Shown here piece after piece: positions 7,286-16,056 of a stretch of DNA of 46,171 nt. The translations under genes were made by a program, and so were the position numbers. Each line of letters opens with the position of its first letter. The first letter of the stretch is position 1. Under the pieces are notes generated by a model. It was not told the DNA's origin. It was given only the letters and a program-made list of their open reading frames with translations, and ran no database searches. This stretch comes from an uncultured Candidatus Saccharibacteria bacterium (GTDB lineage Bacteria; Patescibacteriota; Minisyncoccia; UBA6257; WO2-44-18): assembly GCA_964545345.1 (NCBI GenBank), contig CAZJFE010000002.1, positions 1-46,171 on the forward strand, written 5' to 3'.

Positions 7286-8248
7286 ATGCAAGACCCTAAA
7301 TCTATTCTAGTAACGGGCGCCGCGGGTTTTATCGCGGGAAACTTTATAAGAAAATTTCAGAAAGAACATCCCAAAACCGAGATTGCGGGACTAGATAACT
7401 TCTTTAACAGCACTTCGGAGGCCGTTCCAGCCGGCATTACCTTCTACGAGGGATCAATCCGGGACGAGGCGATGCTGGAAAAGATTTTTTCCAAGCACAA
7501 ACCGGAATATGTTTTTAATTTTGCGGCGATGTCTTATGTACCATTAAGTGTTGCAAAGCCAGTAGAAACCAGTGATGTGAATATCGTTGGAACGATCCTG
7601 GTTTTTAAGAAAGCCAGTGAGCATGGAGTGAAAAGGGTGATCCATTCCTCCACCTCCGCTATTGTCGGTACGGCCAAGCACTATCCTACTAATGAAAAAG
7701 ACAATCCACCGGATCCGTTGTCTCCATACGCCGCTCAGAAGCTTGCTTGCGAACCCTTCGCGAAGATTTTTGGAAATCTTTATGGGTTAGATGTGGTTTG
7801 TCTTAGGTATTTTAACGTCTTTGGTCCGGGCCAGTACGGCGTTTCTCCGTATTCAACGGTTATCTCTGCTTGGTTAGAGGCAATATATTTCCCCAAGAAT
7901 AAAAAAGCGGTTCTTTTCGGAGATGGTGAGAATCGCCGAGATTATTGTCATGTTGATGACGTCGTTGACGCTAACATCGGCGCCATGAAGTACGACGGAA
8001 AGTTTAATGGGGAAGTTTTCCATATTGGCACCGGTACTTATTTTTCTGTAAATAAAGTTTTAGAGATGATTGAGAAGATTACCGGCAAGCCCGTAAATCC
8101 GGATCGTCAGATGTCGAGGCCAGGAGATGCAAAAGATACTCTAGCGGATTATTCCAAAGCCAAGGAGTGGTTTGGTTATGAGCCGAAAGTAAGTTTTGAA
8201 GATGGTTTGAAGCGGACGATTGCCTGGTTTGAGCAGAGAAAAAAATAA
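7286..8248 (+). CDS. NAD-dependent epimerase/dehydratase (UDP-/GDP-sugar 4-epimerase-like)
   Basis: ILVTGAAGFIAGNF Rossmann motif and SPYAAQK (YxxxK). Length 320 aa. Confidence 0.85.
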   Translation: MQDPKSILVTGAAGFIAGNFIRKFQKEHPKTEIAGLDNFFNSTSEAVPAGITFYEGSIRDEAMLEKIFSKHKPEYVFNFAAMSYVPLSVAKPVETSDVNIVGTILVFKKASEHGVKRVIHSSTSAIVGTAKHYPTNEKDNPPDPLSPYAAQKLACEPFAKIFGNLYGLDVVCLRYFNVFGPGQYGVSPYSTVISAWLEAIYFPKNKKAVLFGDGENRRDYCHVDDVVDANIGAMKYDGKFNGEVFHIGTGTYFSVNKVLEMIEKITGKPVNPDRQMSRPGDAKDTLADYSKAKEWFGYEPKVSFEDGLKRTIAWFEQRKK

Positions 8249-8251
8249 CCA

Positions 8252-9604
8252 GTGCGAACAATTTTTGTCACAATTTTTCAGGGCGCGGAAGCCAAAAATA
8301 TTCTGCGTACTGATGTATATAAGCATCTGATCGTCAATCCGGAGCTAAGGTTGGTTTTTTTGGCGGGCAATCAGGATCGGATTGATTATTACCGGAAAGA
8401 GTTCAACGCTCCGAATGTAGTTTATGAAGTAGCCGAGATGGGGAAAATGGGTTTTTGGAATCGATTTTTTTCCAATCTGAAATTCCACCTTTTAAATACG
8501 GAAACGGCGGATTTGCGGAGAGAAATGATTTTTGAGGAGACTCATAATCGCCGCCGTTATCGCATCAGCCGACTAGTTAACCGTGTTTTTGCCAGACCGA
8601 TAGTTCGGAAATTAGTTAGGTTATTAGATTACTTTTTAGTTCGCGATCAGTTTTTCGCCGCTCTATTTGATAAGTACGAACCCTCTTTAGTTTTTTGCGC
8701 GCATTTATTTGACGATCAGGAGACCCAGCTTTTGCGCGAGGCGAAGCGCCGAGGAGTTAAAACAATCGGTTTTGTGAACTCCTGGGATAAGATGACTGCT
8801 CGCGGTATCGTGCGTCTTTTACCGGACCGATTGGTTGTGTTTAATGAACTAGTGAAAGCGGAGGCAATTCGTTATGCCGATATGCCTGCCGGCAAAATAG
8901 TGATCGCCGGGATCCCACAATATGATTGGCATGTTAACTATCAACCTCTAAGCAAAGGAGAGTTTTTCCGTAAGAAGAATTTGGATGTCTCCAAAAAATT
9001 AGTGGTATACGCCCCGATGGGAAAAACTTTCAGCAATTCTGACTGGGACATAATTGATCTTTTGCATAATTGGATGGCGGATGGCCAAATCCGGAGCGCC
9101 CAGTTGATGGTGCGATTCCAACCCAATGATTTTTTTGATGAAGCAGAGATGCAGAAGCGTCCGTGGCTGATTTATGATCGTCCCGGTATCCGATTCTCCA
9201 AGGAACGCGGCGTTGATTGGGATATGAGCTTTGATGATATTCGCGGGCTGACTGACACCTTGGCCAACGCCGACTTATTTATTTGCTATGCCTCCAGCAT
9301 GAGTGTGGACGCGGCGGTTTTTGATAAACCGGTGATTAATATTGATTTTGAAGTCCGTCCGAAAGAATTGATGTCTAAATCGCCGACTTATTTTTATAAG
9401 ATGACGCATTATGCCAAAGCCGCGCGGACTGGAGGCATTCGCTATCCGGAGAGCAAGGAGGAATTTTTGAAGGATATTAATGATTATCTGGATAATCCGA
9501 AGCTGGATGATTTGGGCCGGCATAGATTGGTCGGGGAGCAATGCTGGAAATTGGATGGCCATTCCAGCGAACGGGTCGCCAAGATAATTTTAGAAAACGC
9601 TTAA
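8252..9604 (+). CDS. Putative GT-B-fold transferase (TagF/CDP-glycerol glycerophosphotransferase- or capsule-biosynthesis-like)
   Basis: 450-aa soluble ORF with a GTG start. The C-terminal half (VVYAPMGKTF...CYASSMSVDAAVFDKPVINIDF) resembles TagB/TagF-type transferases. The function call is weak. Confidence 0.4.
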   Translation: MRTIFVTIFQGAEAKNILRTDVYKHLIVNPELRLVFLAGNQDRIDYYRKEFNAPNVVYEVAEMGKMGFWNRFFSNLKFHLLNTETADLRREMIFEETHNRRRYRISRLVNRVFARPIVRKLVRLLDYFLVRDQFFAALFDKYEPSLVFCAHLFDDQETQLLREAKRRGVKTIGFVNSWDKMTARGIVRLLPDRLVVFNELVKAEAIRYADMPAGKIVIAGIPQYDWHVNYQPLSKGEFFRKKNLDVSKKLVVYAPMGKTFSNSDWDIIDLLHNWMADGQIRSAQLMVRFQPNDFFDEAEMQKRPWLIYDRPGIRFSKERGVDWDMSFDDIRGLTDTLANADLFICYASSMSVDAAVFDKPVINIDFEVRPKELMSKSPTYFYKMTHYAKAARTGGIRYPESKEEFLKDINDYLDNPKLDDLGRHRLVGEQCWKLDGHSSERVAKIILENA

Positions 9605-9605
9605 A

Positions 9606-9953
9606 ATGAAAAGCATCGGAATAGACATTGTTGAAGTAAAAAGATTTCGAAATGTCCCATACAAAAAGGGCAGCGTTTTTTATTCCAAAATCTTCAGCGA
9701 TGCCGAAATCAAATATTGTTTATCTAAAGATGACCCCTACCCGCACTTCGCCGCGCGCTTCGCCGCGAAAGAAGCGGTTTTGAAGTGTTTGAAGAGCACA
9801 ATCTATAAAATAAAGGAGGTGGAGATTCTTAACGATAAGAAGGGCGTTCCGTTTGTCCGACTTCACGGTCGTAAGTCGTTAGTCGTTAGTCGTTTCTTGA
9901 TTTCGCTATCGCACACTAAAGATCAGGCCGCCGCCATCGCATTCTTACAATGA
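9606..9953 (+). CDS. acpS: Holo-[acyl-carrier-protein] synthase (4'-phosphopantetheinyl transferase)
   Basis: IGIDIVEVKRF, FAARFAAKEAVLKC and ISLSHT motifs. Length 115 aa. Confidence 0.85.
   Translation: MKSIGIDIVEVKRFRNVPYKKGSVFYSKIFSDAEIKYCLSKDDPYPHFAARFAAKEAVLKCLKSTIYKIKEVEILNDKKGVPFVRLHGRKSLVVSRFLISLSHTKDQAAAIAFLQ
9867..9894 (+). repeat. Tandem heptanucleotide repeat inside acpS (GGTCGTA AGTCGTT AGTCGTT AGTCGTT)
   Basis: Read directly from the sequence. It encodes RKSLVVSRF. The stop triplets created by the repeat (9872, 9880, 9887) all fall in the two non-coding frames. Confidence 0.8.
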
Positions 9954-11431
9954 TTAAATTAGTTCAAGAATATTTTTCGGAATCGGCTAGAAAATATCCT
10001 GACCATCCGGCGGTAGTTTTTGGCGAACGGCGCCCAACCTTCAGCGAGTTAGAGAAATCTTCTAATCAGTTCGCGAGGTTTTTGCGAGATAAGGGAGTTA
10101 GAAAGGGAGATCGGGTGGCTTTTTGTCTGTCGAAATCAGTTGAGGCCATTGAATCGATTTTGGGAATCTTGAAGGCTGATGCGGTTTATGTGCCACTCAA
10201 TGCAAAAGCTCCTAAGGCTCGGATGTCGCAGATCATTGAAGATGCCAGGCCCGCTTTAGTTATTTGCGATATGGATACTTCAAAGTTAGTCGGGGAGGTA
10301 AAGATTTTTAATATCCAGACCGACCGTTCTTCTATTTTGGGATTTGAAGATCGCGCCGTTGATTATCAAAATGCTGGTTCGGATCCGGCTTATATTCTAT
10401 ATACCTCCGGATCTACTGGCGTCCCGAAAGGCGTGATGATTACTCACGACAATATTATCAATGCTACCGATTGGGCGGTGGATGAATTCGGAATTTCTCA
10501 TGGTGACCGACTCTCTCAGCACCCACCCTTGTATTTTGATCTCTCCACCTTTGATTTGTATTGCGCTTTTAGCGCCGGAGCTACCTTGTTTCTAGTGCCG
10601 GAGTCGCTTTCAATCTTCCCCGGTCAGCTGATGAGATTCATTGAGGAGAACGAACTGACGATTTGGGACTCCGTGCCATCGGTGATGGTTTATTTGTCCA
10701 ATGCTGATGTTGTGAAGGCGGGAAGAATGCCGAGTGTTCGAAAGATATTTTTCAATGGAGAGGGTTTCCCGGCCCGGTTTCTAGCGGAGTGGATGAAAAC
10801 TTTTCCAGAAAAAGAATTTATTAATATGTATGGTCCAACCGAGACCACCGTGCAGTGTACTTTTTATCGCATTCCTGAACCGCCGCAAGATTTAACGAAG
10901 TTGGTTCCGATTGGGAAAGCTTGTCGCGGAGTGGAAGTTTTTGATGTTGAGGGAGAGTTGTACGTGGCTGGAAAGGGTGTCGGTAAGGGTTATTGGAATA
11001 ATTCCGAAAAGACCAAAGCGTCTTTTGTGCCTGACGCGCGTCCGGGGAAGTCGGGGTTGGTTTATAAAACCGGAGATTTAGTTAGTTTGCGCGAGGACGG
11101 CAATTACGAATTCATTGGCCGGAAAGATTTCCAGGTAAAGATTATGGGAAATCGGATAGAGTTGGGCGATGTTGAGGCAGCCCTACTGGCCCTGCCTTGC
11201 GTTGCTGAGGCGGCAGTAATTGCAGTGGCGGTGAATGAAACTGACGGAAGCGAAATGGTCGGCTTTGTTAAGCTCAAGGAGGCGCGAGAAGAATCATTGA
11301 TCAAAGCCGATTTAGCTAATTTGATCCCTAGTTATATGATCCCGGCAAAGATTGTAGTTCAAGATTTTTTGCCCAGAACTAGCACCGGCAAGGTGGATAG
11401 GAATAAATTAAAAGATGGATATAAAGTCTAA
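9950..11431 (+). CDS. Adenylate-forming enzyme, amino acid/aryl acid--carrier protein ligase (DltA-like, stand-alone A domain)
   Basis: AMP-binding core motifs LYTSGSTGVPKGV, YGPTE, YKTGDL and GRKDFQVKIMGNRIELGDVE, plus a terminal GKVDR motif. The ATGA overlap with the acpS stop indicates coupling. Confidence 0.85.
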   Translation: MIKLVQEYFSESARKYPDHPAVVFGERRPTFSELEKSSNQFARFLRDKGVRKGDRVAFCLSKSVEAIESILGILKADAVYVPLNAKAPKARMSQIIEDARPALVICDMDTSKLVGEVKIFNIQTDRSSILGFEDRAVDYQNAGSDPAYILYTSGSTGVPKGVMITHDNIINATDWAVDEFGISHGDRLSQHPPLYFDLSTFDLYCAFSAGATLFLVPESLSIFPGQLMRFIEENELTIWDSVPSVMVYLSNADVVKAGRMPSVRKIFFNGEGFPARFLAEWMKTFPEKEFINMYGPTETTVQCTFYRIPEPPQDLTKLVPIGKACRGVEVFDVEGELYVAGKGVGKGYWNNSEKTKASFVPDARPGKSGLVYKTGDLVSLREDGNYEFIGRKDFQVKIMGNRIELGDVEAALLALPCVAEAAVIAVAVNETDGSEMVGFVKLKEAREESLIKADLANLIPSYMIPAKIVVQDFLPRTSTGKVDRNKLKDGYKV

Positions 11432-11654
11432 ACTCAAGGCATTTTTGGAAAAAGAAACCCAAAAGGAAATTTCCGATGATTCGGAGAATTTACTTGCATC
11501 TAACATTTTAGATTCTTTTTCTATGATTAAGATTATCGGCTTTGTGGAATCGGAATTAGGAATTAAGCCGAATATGGAGGAGCTAACACCGGATAATTTT
11601 AATTCCGTGGCAACCATCAGTCAGATGATTGAAAAATGGAAATCAGGAAAATAA
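11415..11654 (+). CDS. Acyl/peptidyl (D-alanyl-type) carrier protein
   Basis: 79 aa with the phosphopantetheine attachment context ILDSFSMIKIIGFVE. It overlaps the ends of both neighbours. Confidence 0.75.
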   Translation: MDIKSKLKAFLEKETQKEISDDSENLLASNILDSFSMIKIIGFVESELGIKPNMEELTPDNFNSVATISQMIEKWKSGK

Positions 11655-12676
11655 AAAAATCAGAGTGGGAGAAACTGCAGGCCTTCAACGCGGCGGAATA
11701 TAAGGCCGACCATATTTTAACCAACAAAGTTTATTACGATTGGCAGTTTGACGCGCCTTGGAATTCGGATAAAGAAACTTATGAAACGCTGGGAATGTTT
11801 GACAGCAAGGGAAACTTAATCGGAACCTTCGGGCTTTTTTCCACGCCGCACAATCATCGCGGGACTATGATACTTGGGACTCAGCTTTGCAATTTGATTG
11901 TCAAAAAAGAGCTGCGCGCTTTGGGCTATGGATATCTTTTATTGGATAAAGCATCAACGGTCAACAAAATTACTATTGATCACACGATCAACGATTCGGC
12001 CTGGCCGATGTTTGAAAAGTCGGGTTGGCAGAAAGAAAATTTGAAGCGTTGGATTCACATTATCAAACCCGACAACGATCTTTACTCTCTCTCGGCTTCG
12101 GCGATCAAGCCGATTATGAAAAATGGCTGGCACTTTGATCAAGTTTCGCAATTTGGCGAAGAGATGGATGAATTTTGGAATCGCGCGAAGAAGCGCTACC
12201 CGATAACCCTTGAACGCACAGCGGAATATTTAAATTGGCGGTTCGCGAAGAACCCACTGGTGAAATATCTTATGTTTGTAGTTAAAGGCGAAGAGAAAAT
12301 TAGGGGATTGGTGGTTGCTCGGTCCGAGAGCGTCAAAAACGAGAAGGGGCCGCTGGGTGTGAAGGTATTGAGGATCATTGATCTCATAGTTGATGAAGAT
12401 GCCGAGGGATTTGCCTGCTCACGAATTGCCGAGTGCGCGCGCGAAAACAATTTTGATTTCGTGGAATATTTCTCTAGCGGCGCTTTTCACGATCAAGGAC
12501 TGGAGGCGGCCGGATTTGAGAATGGCAACAAGGGAATTTTCGCCCGTTTACCAATTTTGTTTAACCCGGTCAGCTTCAAGCGTACTCATTTGAATTTTGC
12601 CGTTAAAACTAAAGACAAAAAGGATCTTTCTGATTGGTACACAACCAAAGGTGGGGGTGATCAGGATCGGGCTTAA
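11636..12676 (+). CDS. GNAT-fold acyl/aminoacyl transferase, two-domain
   Basis: GNAT motif A-like LRALGYGYLLLDKA in the N-terminal half. The 346-aa ORF is translationally coupled to the carrier protein gene. Confidence 0.55.
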   Translation: MEIRKIKKSEWEKLQAFNAAEYKADHILTNKVYYDWQFDAPWNSDKETYETLGMFDSKGNLIGTFGLFSTPHNHRGTMILGTQLCNLIVKKELRALGYGYLLLDKASTVNKITIDHTINDSAWPMFEKSGWQKENLKRWIHIIKPDNDLYSLSASAIKPIMKNGWHFDQVSQFGEEMDEFWNRAKKRYPITLERTAEYLNWRFAKNPLVKYLMFVVKGEEKIRGLVVARSESVKNEKGPLGVKVLRIIDLIVDEDAEGFACSRIAECARENNFDFVEYFSSGAFHDQGLEAAGFENGNKGIFARLPILFNPVSFKRTHLNFAVKTKDKKDLSDWYTTKGGGDQDRA

Positions 12677-12681
12677 TCTCA

Positions 12682-12711
12682 TTGACCAAGAGCTTATTTT
12701 AAGGTTATATA
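12682..12711 (+). promoter_or_regulatory. Candidate sigma70-type promoter (TTGACC -17/18 nt- TATATA)
   Basis: TTGACC at 12682-12687 and TTATAT/TATATA at 12705-12711, about 13 nt upstream of the ATG at 12724. Confidence 0.45.
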
Positions 12712-12723
12712 TAGGTACTTTTG

Positions 12724-13896
12724 ATGAGTAAACTATCTAAGCCTAAACGGAAAATTTGCTTCCCAATTATGAGCCGTATCCACTACGCGCGGCAGAAGCA
12801 TTTAATGGGCTTGATCCAAAAAAGTTCCAAGTTGGATCTTCAGCTGGTGGTAGGCGGATCGGTTTTGCTGGATAAGCACGGTGAGCGGTTTTTGCCGGCA
12901 ATGGCGGAAGCCGGTTTTAACGTTAACGAAACTTTATTCAACGTGATTGACGGCGGCAATCATATCGCCATGGCGAAGACCTCCGGCCTCGCCGCCCTGG
13001 AATTTTCCAACTCACTTTATAAATTAAATCCCGATATTGTTTTGATTCGCGGCGACCGCTTTGAACAATTAGCGTTGGCGATGGTAGCGGCCTATTTAAA
13101 TAAAACCATTGCCCACATTGAAGGCGGTGATCTGACCGGTACGATTGATGAAAGTGTTCGGCACGCTATTACAAAACTCGCGCATGTTCATTTTGTGACC
13201 AACGAAGACGCCCGCAAGAGGGTAATTCAAATGGGTGAGAATCCCCGCATGGTTTTCAATGTCGGATCGCCCGATGTGGAGTTCGCGGCTCTAGTAGATA
13301 AGAAAAACGATGGCCGAGCCGTTAATAAAAGTGGTATGGGTTATGAAATTGATGTGAATAAGCAATTTCTGATGGTGATGCAGCACCCGGTGACGACCGA
13401 AAAAAATAACCGGAAGAATTTTGAAGAAACTTTGAAGGCGGTGGACGCGTTGAATCTGCCGACTGTTTGGTTTTGGCCGAACAGCGATGCCGGTACTAAC
13501 GAAATTTCTAAAGCGATCCGTGTTTATCGCGAGCATGGGAAGTTGAAGAATAAAAAAATTCGTTTTGTTACTGATCTTTTGCCGGATGATTTTATCGCGT
13601 TGTTACGCAGAGCGAGCGTGATGATCGGCAATTCCTCCGCGGGGATCAAAGAGTCTTCTTATTTAGGAGTACCGGTAGTGAATGTCGGCACACGTCAGGC
13701 CAACCGTTTGCGATCGGAGAACGTTGCTGATGCAGGGTACAAAGCTGATGTGATCAAGAAAGCCATTCAGAAGCAGTTAACTCATGGAGCGTATAAAAAA
13801 TCCGATCTTTACTACAAGGCCGGCTCCAGCCGGAAAATTGTTGAGGTTCTATCAAAGATAAAACTTAATCCGCAGAAAAAGTTTTACACCATTTAA
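12724..13896 (+). CDS. neuC: UDP-N-acetylglucosamine 2-epimerase (hydrolysing), NeuC/LegG-type
   Basis: RGDRFEQLALAMVAAYLNKTIAHIEGGDLTGTIDESVRHAITKLAHVHF is the NeuC signature region. ATG 12724 is preferred over the adjacent TTG at 12721. Confidence 0.85.
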   Translation: MSKLSKPKRKICFPIMSRIHYARQKHLMGLIQKSSKLDLQLVVGGSVLLDKHGERFLPAMAEAGFNVNETLFNVIDGGNHIAMAKTSGLAALEFSNSLYKLNPDIVLIRGDRFEQLALAMVAAYLNKTIAHIEGGDLTGTIDESVRHAITKLAHVHFVTNEDARKRVIQMGENPRMVFNVGSPDVEFAALVDKKNDGRAVNKSGMGYEIDVNKQFLMVMQHPVTTEKNNRKNFEETLKAVDALNLPTVWFWPNSDAGTNEISKAIRVYREHGKLKNKKIRFVTDLLPDDFIALLRRASVMIGNSSAGIKESSYLGVPVVNVGTRQANRLRSENVADAGYKADVIKKAIQKQLTHGAYKKSDLYYKAGSSRKIVEVLSKIKLNPQKKFYTI

Positions 13897-14621
13897 TGGC
13901 AAAAATTTTGGGAGTTATCACCGCGCGGGGTGGCTCTAAGGGAATCCCGGGTAAAAACATTAAGCCGCTGTTAGGTAAGCCGTTAATCGCTTACACGATT
14001 GAAGCCGCCAAAGCATCAAGCGTGGTTGATCGTTTGATTCTTTCTACCGACGATCTGGAAATTGCTGAAGTGGCGAAGCAATACGGTTGTGAGGTCCCAT
14101 TTATTCGTCCAGCTGACATCGCCGACGATAAAGCCGCGCATTTACCGGTATTGCAACACGCGATTAAAGCTTTGAAAGAAAAGGACGGTTATGAGCCGGA
14201 CTATGTTTTGTTGCTCCAACCGACCTCTCCGGCCCGGCAATCCTTTCATATCAAGGAAGCCGTGGAGTTGATAGAGAAAAGCGGCGCGGATTCCGTTTTG
14301 AGCGTGGCGGAAATCCCGGAGAATTTTCATTACAAGAAAGCGATGGCCGTTAATGAAGATGGAGTTTTGCGGTTAGTTAAGGATTCCGGGCCAATTTATA
14401 ACCGAGTGGCCCGTCGCCAAGATTTGGAAAAAAACTACTGGAGCGTTGGTTCTATTTATCTTTTCAAAACTAGTTTGTTGTTTGATCAGGTAAAGCCGAA
14501 TTTTTATGGCGAAAAAACTATGCCCTACGTGATAGACGCGAAGTATGTCGTGGATATTAATGTTCCCGCGGATTGGGAAGTGGCCGAAAAAGTGATCAAA
14601 CGACTAACGACTAACGACTAA
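13896..14621 (+). CDS. neuA: Acylneuraminate (nonulosonate) cytidylyltransferase
   Basis: ITARGGSKGIPGKNIKPLLGKPLIAYTIEAA is the CMP-NulO synthetase N-terminal signature. The start overlaps the neuC stop. Confidence 0.85.
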   Translation: MAKILGVITARGGSKGIPGKNIKPLLGKPLIAYTIEAAKASSVVDRLILSTDDLEIAEVAKQYGCEVPFIRPADIADDKAAHLPVLQHAIKALKEKDGYEPDYVLLLQPTSPARQSFHIKEAVELIEKSGADSVLSVAEIPENFHYKKAMAVNEDGVLRLVKDSGPIYNRVARRQDLEKNYWSVGSIYLFKTSLLFDQVKPNFYGEKTMPYVIDAKYVVDINVPADWEVAEKVIKRLTTND

Positions 14622-14626
14622 CGACT
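14599..14626 (+). repeat. Perfect tandem heptanucleotide repeat (AACGACT)x4, containing the neuA stop and abutting the next ATG
   Basis: Four exact units. It is the reverse complement of the AGTCGTT repeat found at the other loci. TAA recurs every 7 nt, so stops occur in all three frames. The ATG at 14627 follows immediately. Confidence 0.9.
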
Positions 14627-15562
14627 ATGAAAATTTTAATTACCGAGCCGCAGGATTATTCCAAGAAAGCTGTTGAGATGTATAAATCTCACGGCGATGT
14701 GGTTTTAGGTGGTGAGCCGGACGCGGAGACGGGGGTGATAGCGATTCGGTTAAAACACAAGATTGATAAGAGCTGGATGGATAAAATGCCGAATTTAAAA
14801 ATTATTGCTTCACCAACTACCGGATTGAATCACATAGATATCGCCGAGGCGGAGAAGCGGGGCATTAAATTGATCACTTTACGTGGACATACCGACTTTT
14901 TGGATAAGATCACTTCTACCGCCGAAGAAACTTTGGGATTGATACTGGCTCTAGTTCGCAAGATTCCGCAAGCGCACGAGCATGTTAAGGGCGGAGGATG
15001 GAATCGCGACGCTTTCCGAGGTTATCAGTTGGCCGGTCAAACACTCGGCATATTAGGATTGGGTCGGCTTGGTCGGATGGTGGCGCGTTATGCAAAATCA
15101 ATGGACATGAAAGTAGTCGCCGCTGATCCCGGTATTACCGGAGAGGAAATGAGCAAGCAAGGAGTAACAAAAGTTAGCCACGAAGAATTATTCAAAAATT
15201 CCGACATTCTTTCTTTGCACGTGATGTTGACCGATAATACTAAGAATTTAGTGAAAGAGGGAGATTTGAAGTTAATGAAGCCGTCGGCTTTGTTAGTGAA
15301 TACGGCTCGGGCGGAAATTATGGAAAAGGGAGCTTTAGAAAAAGCATTGAGAGAAAAATGGATCGCCGGGGCGGCGGTAGATGTGATGTGGGACGAAGAG
15401 GGTAGTGGCGCGCATTTGGCCAAGAGTGAACTCTGGGATATGGCAAAAAGCGGTCAGCATAATTTGATTATCGTTCCGCATATCGGGGGCGCCACTTATG
15501 ACGCCATGCAAATCACCGAAGAATTTATCGCCGATTTAGTGAAAAAAGAATTAACAAAGTAA
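14627..15562 (+). CDS. D-isomer-specific 2-hydroxyacid dehydrogenase, NAD-binding
   Basis: GILGLGRLGRMVARY dinucleotide motif and the catalytic-His context VPHIGGAT. Length 311 aa. Confidence 0.8.
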   Translation: MKILITEPQDYSKKAVEMYKSHGDVVLGGEPDAETGVIAIRLKHKIDKSWMDKMPNLKIIASPTTGLNHIDIAEAEKRGIKLITLRGHTDFLDKITSTAEETLGLILALVRKIPQAHEHVKGGGWNRDAFRGYQLAGQTLGILGLGRLGRMVARYAKSMDMKVVAADPGITGEEMSKQGVTKVSHEELFKNSDILSLHVMLTDNTKNLVKEGDLKLMKPSALLVNTARAEIMEKGALEKALREKWIAGAAVDVMWDEEGSGAHLAKSELWDMAKSGQHNLIIVPHIGGATYDAMQITEEFIADLVKKELTK

Positions 15563-15990
15563 TGAATAATTGCGTTTTAGTTCGCAAGGAAGATATTGAT
15601 AAAACTTTAGCGACGGCGCCGGTTCAGGGGAAAAAATTACTGGAGCCATTGAAATCTTTGGCGGCGGCCAACAAAATGCCGCTGAATATTTTGGAAGATA
15701 AAGAAGTTTTGAGTAACGACGCGGAAGTCCATATGCATGAGGCGGATTTGTGGCTTTGCTTGGAAGGGGAGGTGAAATTTATTTATGGCGGCGAGATGGC
15801 GGACCCCTGGTTTAAGAAGAATGCCGACGGCAGCGAAGATCAGCGCGAGATTAAAGCAAAATCAATTCGCGGCGGTACTGAATCGGTATTAAAACCGGGC
15901 GACTGGCTCTGGGTTCCCGCCGGACAGCCACACCAGCATTTGTGCGAAGGCACTGCTAGGTTAGCGATCATTAAAGTCCCGAAGGTGTAG
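15562..15990 (+). CDS. Cupin-domain protein
   Basis: 142 aa. HMHE...PGDWLWVPAGQPHQH fits the cupin metal motifs. The start overlaps the upstream stop. Confidence 0.6.
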   Translation: MNNCVLVRKEDIDKTLATAPVQGKKLLEPLKSLAAANKMPLNILEDKEVLSNDAEVHMHEADLWLCLEGEVKFIYGGEMADPWFKKNADGSEDQREIKAKSIRGGTESVLKPGDWLWVPAGQPHQHLCEGTARLAIIKVPKV

Positions 15991-16006
15991 ACATTCGGGA
16001 CTTTTT
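15975..16006 (+). terminator. Rho-independent terminator overlapping the cupin stop
   Basis: AAGTCCCGAA / TTCGGGACTT hairpin followed by TTTT. Confidence 0.7.
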
Positions 16007-16016
16007 GTTCTATAAT
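15988..16016 (+). promoter_or_regulatory. Candidate promoter TAGACA -17 nt- TATAAT
   Basis: TAGACA at 15988-15993 and TATAAT at 16011-16016, upstream of the AGGAGG Shine-Dalgarno and the GTG at 16057. Confidence 0.5.
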
Positions 16017-16056
16017 CTTCGCGGTTGTTTCAAAACTCTTTCTAAGGAGGAGCGTC

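Noticed and set aside
9950-11654. A classical dlt (teichoic acid D-alanylation) operon
   Set aside because: DltB (MBOAT) and DltD are absent. A GNAT and an AcpS flank the ligase and carrier genes instead, and the surrounding context is nucleotide-sugar genes.
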